Source: Macrostomum lignano
Lineage: Eukaryota
Direction: 5' to 3'
DNA: 64,000 nt
NCBI GenBank assembly: GCA_002269645.1
Contig: NIVC01003928.1
Span: 5,340-69,339, forward strand
The translations under genes were made by a program, and so were the position numbers. Positions 58,725 through 64,000 of this stretch are shown one piece after another; the stretch's first letter is position 1, and every line of letters starts with the position of its first letter. The notes under the pieces are model-generated. The model saw nothing but the letters and a program-made list of their open reading frames with translations. It searched no databases and was not told where the DNA came from.

Positions 58725-59945
58725 AATGGCGATGCTCAAGAGGAATTGCTCAGATGCCAATGCTCAAGGGGAATAGCTCAGATGCCAATGCTCAAGGGGA
58801 ATAGCTCAGATGCCAATGCTCAAATGGAATCGCCCAGATCCCAATGCTCAAAGGGAATTGCTCAGATGCCAATGCTCAAATGGAATCGCCCAGATCCCAA
58901 TGCTCAAAGGGAATTGCCCAGATCCCAATGCTCAGGGGGAATTGCTCAGATGCCAATGCTCAAGAGGAATAGCTCAGATGCCAATGCTCAAAGGGAATTG
59001 CCCAGATCCCAATGCTCAAGGGAATTGCTCAGATGCCAATGCTCAGGGGGAATTGCTCAGATGCCAATGCTCAGGGGGAATTGCTCAGATGCCAATGCTC
59101 AGGGGGAATTGCTCAGATGCCAATGCTCAAATGGAATCGCCCAGATCCCAATATTCAAAGAGAATTGCCCAGATGCCAATGCTCAAAGGGAACTGCCCAG
59201 ATCCCAATGCTCAAGGGGGATTGCTCAGATGCCAATGCTCAGGGGGAATTGCTCAGATGCCAATGCTCAAAGGGGCTCAGATGCCAATGCTCAAAGAGAA
59301 TTGTTCAGATGCCAATGCTCAAGGGGAATTGCCCAGATCCAAATGATCAAGGGGAATTGCCCAGATGCCAATGCTCAAGGGGAATTGCCCAGATCCAAAT
59401 GATCAAGGGGAATTGCCCAGATGCCAATGCTCAAGGGGAATAGCTCAGATGCCAATGCTCAAGGGGAATTGCCCAGATCCAAATGATCAAGGGGAATTGC
59501 CCAGATGCCAATGCTCAAGGGGAATAGCTCAGATGCCAATGCTCAAGGGGAATTGCTCAGATGCCAATGCTCAAGGGGAATTGCCCAGATCAAAATGATC
59601 AAGGGGAATTGCCCAGATGCCAATGCTCAAGGGGAATTGCTCAGATGCCAATGCTCAAAGGGAATAGCTCAGATGCCAATGCTCAAGGGGAATTGCCCAG
59701 ATCCAAATGATCAAGGGGAATTGCCCAGATGCCAATGCTCAAGGGGAATAGCTCAGATGCCAATGCTCAAGGGGAATTGCTCAGATGCCAATGCTCAAGG
59801 GGAATTGCCCAGATCCAAATGATCAAGGGGAATTGCCCAGATGCCAATGCTCAAGGGGAATAGCTCAGATGCCAATGCTCAAGGGGAATTGCTCAGATGC
59901 CAATGCTCAAGGGGAATAGCTCAGATGCCAATGCTCAAGGGGAAT
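58725..59945. repeat. ~28-bp minisatellite (ggggaattgctcagatgccaatgctcaa)n with alternating variants
   Basis: About 43 copies; variants gcccagatccaaatgatcaa and tggaatcgcccagatccc. Confidence 0.95.
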
Positions 59946-60744
59946 TGACAACTCTCATGGATAATATGCATGAAGAATTTATGACACTAAGAAAGCAATC
60001 GAACTCAGTGATATAACAGACGTGGAAAGTTAGAATCGAAATAAGAATTTAGCCCAGCACTACAAAAAAGGCATGAAAACTCAATTAGTGTCCCCGAAAT
60101 GAGTTGGATTATTAATTATTCAAATTCAAAAAGGTCAACAAAACAATACTTTGGAAAAGTCTTAAAAAATGAGTTTATGTCCCATTACTCAGTTGCTCAG
60201 TTTGGGTCGTTGTGGGCACAAGGATGCAAGAATGAATGGCTGCTTCAATGCTTCAATGATTCTAGTACTCATAGTTAATGAAGCAGCGCCCTCGGGCTGC
60301 TGGACTTGCTCTGCCTTAATTAGCTTGATGAATGAAGGCTTGTGACACGATAGCCTCGTACTTTGACTTTGAACAAAACAAGCTGGGAATAAAGGAGCTG
60401 ACCTGGCAGGAAGGTAACTCCTGTTAACTCGGTGAAGGAGGTACTTGAGATTCGGACTCGTCCTACTTACTGCCATGCTCATCTATCAAGCAAAATGCCT
60501 TGCGGCTAAAATGTCTCAGGCTTGTAGAAGCTTTCGTCGATTTTGTTTATCGAGGTAGGAGCCTGCGTGCACCCTGGCGCACTTTAAGCGACATTGTCAC
60601 AGCCGGCGAGAGGCATCACTGCCGGTTCCGCCGACTCCCCTGAGTAGGCACACAAGCGCGCGGATGTACAAGAGGGTACAGCGGCCCTAAATTTACGACG
60701 TACTTATCGTTAAACATGTACACTTCACTGTGACTTGGGTTGAC

Positions 60745-60812
60745 TGCACGTAGAATCGAGCCTGGGCCGCTGGCACATCGAGCGCCAAGCGCTAGACCAC
60801 TGGGCTACGGCC
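60745..60812 (-). mobile_element. tRNA-derived SINE head or tRNA pseudogene fragment
   Basis: Minus-strand Pol III A-box TAGCCCAGTGG (60807..60797) and degenerate B-box GGCTCGATTCT (60762..60752) at tRNA-like spacing. No complete cloverleaf seen. Confidence 0.45.
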
Positions 60813-61907
60813 ACCCAGGCTTCATCAATGTCTTGCATGGAAGCTGGGAGACAGTCTCAGGGCACAATTCACTCTAAAAAAACAAAAATTTATGAACTGC
60901 GTCACATGGTGCCTCCGGGCTAGGGCGGGAGCGCTTAGCGTCAGCGGCAGCACCTCCTGCACCGACTGTGTGTAGTACGATTCGGAGCGGATGCTGTGCG
61001 ACCTGCCAGCTGGGAATAAATACTTAAAGCGCCTCTAAATCTCGACGGGGTTGCAGAAAAAAAACTTTGTCAGTGATCCATGTCAGTAATTTAGCAATAA
61101 CAACATGTTATCGAGATTATTTCCCAGAACTTCCACCATAAAAAATTTGTACAGTTCCTTTCAGAAGCAGGCTTCCCTAATCTTCGCAAAGCTGAGGACT
61201 AGAACTCTCTAGGGCTTTTGCTCTCCTGCATTTCCCGCGAAGCCCCGAAAGCAGCGGCTTCATCAAGCCCAGGGGCCAGCGCTTAATCCTTTGTATCTGA
61301 GAATTATCGCAGCGGGAAGCTCGCACATAAAACTAAGTTTGTTTGTTTCTCTTCCCGAGCTCTCTGCTCAAGTTAGAATAATATTGAGATTGCTTGGAGC
61401 AGCGATTTTCTGCCGCAGACTTCGTTTTCGGCCGGCAAATTAGTTTTTATTCTAATTAATTCTGGTATATTTCTTTGTATCTAAATTGCCTACTATTGAG
61501 TAGAAATTGCGGCTTATGGTAGTTCTAAACTGTGTTAGAAACTCAGCCGGCCGATTGCAGAAGCAAATGTCACAATCATGCAGCAAATAAAGTGTGAGTT
61601 TAACTTGGCAATGAAATTCTCAAGATGCCCTCTATGCAGTCAGCCTGGCGGTTCGCCCGTCCCGACCTTGCTCTGGCCGCGGGCTGACGCAGAACTGCCA
61701 CGTCAGCTGCAAAGTAAGTAAAAAGCCGGAAAGCTTATCAGCTGGTAGTAACTTTGATACCCCGCTGCGCGGGCCTTAACTTTGGCCAGCCAGGTAGATA
61801 AGTCATAAGCGTTCTGTGACACGCACTCACATAACAACTGAAACAAGCTGCTTCAGCCAAGAACGTTGCGAGCTGTGTTAGTTTCTATTTTGTCATTTCT
61901 GGCCGGA

Positions 61908-63339
61908 ATGTCCGAGACACGCAAGGTGACGATCTTCGGAAGCGGCCTGGTGGGCTGCCAGTGGGCCATGCTGTTCGCGGCTGCCGGCTTCCAAGTTGCA
62001 CTGCATGACGCCAAGGAGGGCCAGGCGGCGCGGGCTCTTCAGCAGATCGACAGCCAGTTGAGAGACCTGTCAGCCAAAGGTCATCTGCGCGGCTGTCTGT
62101 CTGCTGAGCAGCAGCAGCAGCTGATCTCGGCGCCTGGTTCCCTCGATGAGGCTCTGGATGGTGCCTTCCTCGTGCAGGAGTGCGTCTTCGAGGACGTCCA
62201 GGTGAAACGCGACGTCTTCAGGCTGCTTGACGCCAAAGCTCCGGCCGAGGCTTTCCTGTGCTCGTCCACCAGCTGCATCATGCCCTCTGAGTTCACCAGT
62301 GAACTGCCGGGTCGGGCCCGGTGCCTGGTGGCACACCCGGTGAATCCGCCCTACTTCCTGTCACTGGTGGAGCTCGTGCCGTCGCCCTTCACCGACCCGG
62401 CGGCTGTGCAAACCGTGAAGGAGACGCTTGTAAAGCTGGGCCAGGAGCCGATCGTCATCAACTATGAAATTGACGGATTCGCGGTCAATCGACTGCAGTA
62501 CGCCATCATCAACGAGGCTTGGAGACTCGTTACCAGCGGGCGATGAGCGCCGAGGATGTGGACAAGGCGAGTGCTGAGTCTACCGCTCTGTGATGTACTT
62601 CTGTAATGCTTTGGTGAAAGGAAGACCTCGTTGTACTTATTAGACTGAACTTGGTACGTAGCCCAAGGGATTGGTATTGGATTTGCTATACAATGACACT
62701 TGAAATTTATGCGAGAAATTAGGTGTTAAGCTTTGAAGACAAATGCAGAATGTGGAGCCCAAAGATTCCAGCAGGGAATCACTCCTTGTAAGACGAATCA
62801 TATTTAGCATTGGGAGCTGGTTAAAAGTGACAAAATCCAATAAAGGAACAACGAGAATTCGAATACCGAGCAACTGATCGACACCGACTAAAAGCGCAAA
62901 ATTTGGGTGTTTAAAAACCACAACGCGACAACCGAACTCAGACTTCGACCATGCCACCCCTAACACACTTACAGCTGCCCACAAAGCACACTTGTATTCC
63001 AAACGTCCCCCTGCCAACATCCGATCATAGGTGATGACCTGCGGCCTGGCCCCTCGCTACTGCTTCCTCGGCCCCCTCGCCGTGATGCAGACCAACGCTA
63101 GCGGCATCCGGGACTACTGCCAGCGCTTCGGCTCCGGAGTCGCCCGCGTCTCGGCCACGTTCGGCCCGACGCCGACCTACCAGGGCGAGGAGGTGGACCG
63201 GGTGGCGGCCCAGATGAACACTCTCATGCCGCCAGAGTCGCTGGCCGACGTCTGCGCCAGGCGAAACCAGTTTCTCGCCGCTCTGGCCAGGATGAAGCGC
63301 GACTTTTCTCAAAGTCGTGGGTCGCAAGACAACATCTGA
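61908..63339 (+). CDS. CRYL1: Lambda-crystallin homolog / L-gulonate 3-dehydrogenase (3-hydroxyacyl-CoA dehydrogenase family)
   Basis: Exon 61908..62566 (1-nt frameshift at ~62540) and exon 63031..63339. KVTIFGSGLVGCQWAMLFAAAG, VQECVFED, SSTSCIMPS, LVAHPVNPPY, EIDGFAVNRLQYAIINEAWRLV, then MSAEDVDK|VMTCGLAPRY..GPLAVMQTNA. The intron is GC-AG. Confidence 0.92.
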
Positions 63340-64000
63340 CTGAACGGCGGCCTAGAACATTTTTCAGTTCATTTTTAATTGATTTTTCAAACGAACTAAG
63401 ACCGAAGATCTTTGTTATTTCTTAGAAAACATGCCTCATTTTGATACCTATGGCCGGAATGATGGAGCTCGGGAGTTTTATCAGACGGACGGTGCCTATA
63501 ATCAGTACAGCTGGCATTTCGTGAGCTTGGTTAATCGCACTATACAAGTATATTACTGCTGCACTAAGTATGACGCACGCTTGTTCATACAAAAGACGCC
63601 ATGTGCCGTATGAAGCCTGCATGCTTCGCAAGCCTCGGGGTTGTTTATGCTATTCTTGTGTATCCGCAAAAATCCTCGACTCCAGCAGACAGATAGGCGG
63701 TCGGGTGTAAGCAAAGGCAGTAGCGACTTCATCTGCCAGCGACTGGCGATTAATTACGGTAGAAGTGCACCGCTGGGGATGAGGCCAATAAAGCTAGGGA
63801 GGTCGCAGCTCTGTGGGGTCTTTTGTGCAACAAGGCCGTCGCACCGGCCACAATTGCTGAAGTGGGAATAAAATAGCTGACCGATCTGACCAAATGCTAC
63901 AAGGCGCTTCTGTCTTCGGTCGATGGCTGCACTATTGGAGCGAAGTGTGTAGCAAAGCTGTCTGAGTAATGGCTGTGTAAGGGGAGTCAGCCTCCTCCCG

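Noticed and set aside
63431-63871. Short ORFs after CRYL1 (60-76 aa)
   Set aside because: They have no motif, splice support or codon-bias signal and are likely 3' UTR or intergenic.

Overview
This is eukaryotic genomic DNA: GC-rich spliced exons, AT-rich intergenic DNA, and introns often filled with minisatellites. That organisation resembles the flatworm Macrostomum lignano, which is an inference and not proven from the window. Gene models assembled by hand from splice sites and reading-frame phase are: (1) the 3' end of a receptor-type tandem protein tyrosine phosphatase (+, <1..5638); (2) a complete 4-exon, 458-aa BAHD/transferase-family acyltransferase with intact HxxxDG and DFGWG motifs (+, 7695..12497), a family typical of plants and fungi and therefore a candidate domesticated horizontal transfer, and the top finding; (3) a divergent headcase homolog (-, 15510..17232); (4) an unknown minus-strand gene built from tandemly duplicated phase-1/1 poly-Ala exons (19069..21137); (5) a 1099-aa p85-like PI3K regulatory subunit with SH3-C1-SAM-C1-RhoGAP-SH2-iSH2-SH2 architecture (-, 25297..32737); (6) a METTL24-like methyltransferase (-); (7) an orphan 5-exon type I membrane protein (-); (8) two uncharacterised low-complexity proteins (+); (9) an MDH2-like paralog lacking several catalytic residues (-); (10) CRYL1 with a GC-AG intron and a probable assembly frameshift (+). 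The window also holds a 766-bp TIR element with an 8-bp target-site duplication, a 666-bp x ~9 tandem array carrying a repeated splice acceptor and exon, a CpG-depleted block, a tRNA-derived SINE-like fragment and about 20 minisatellite arrays.
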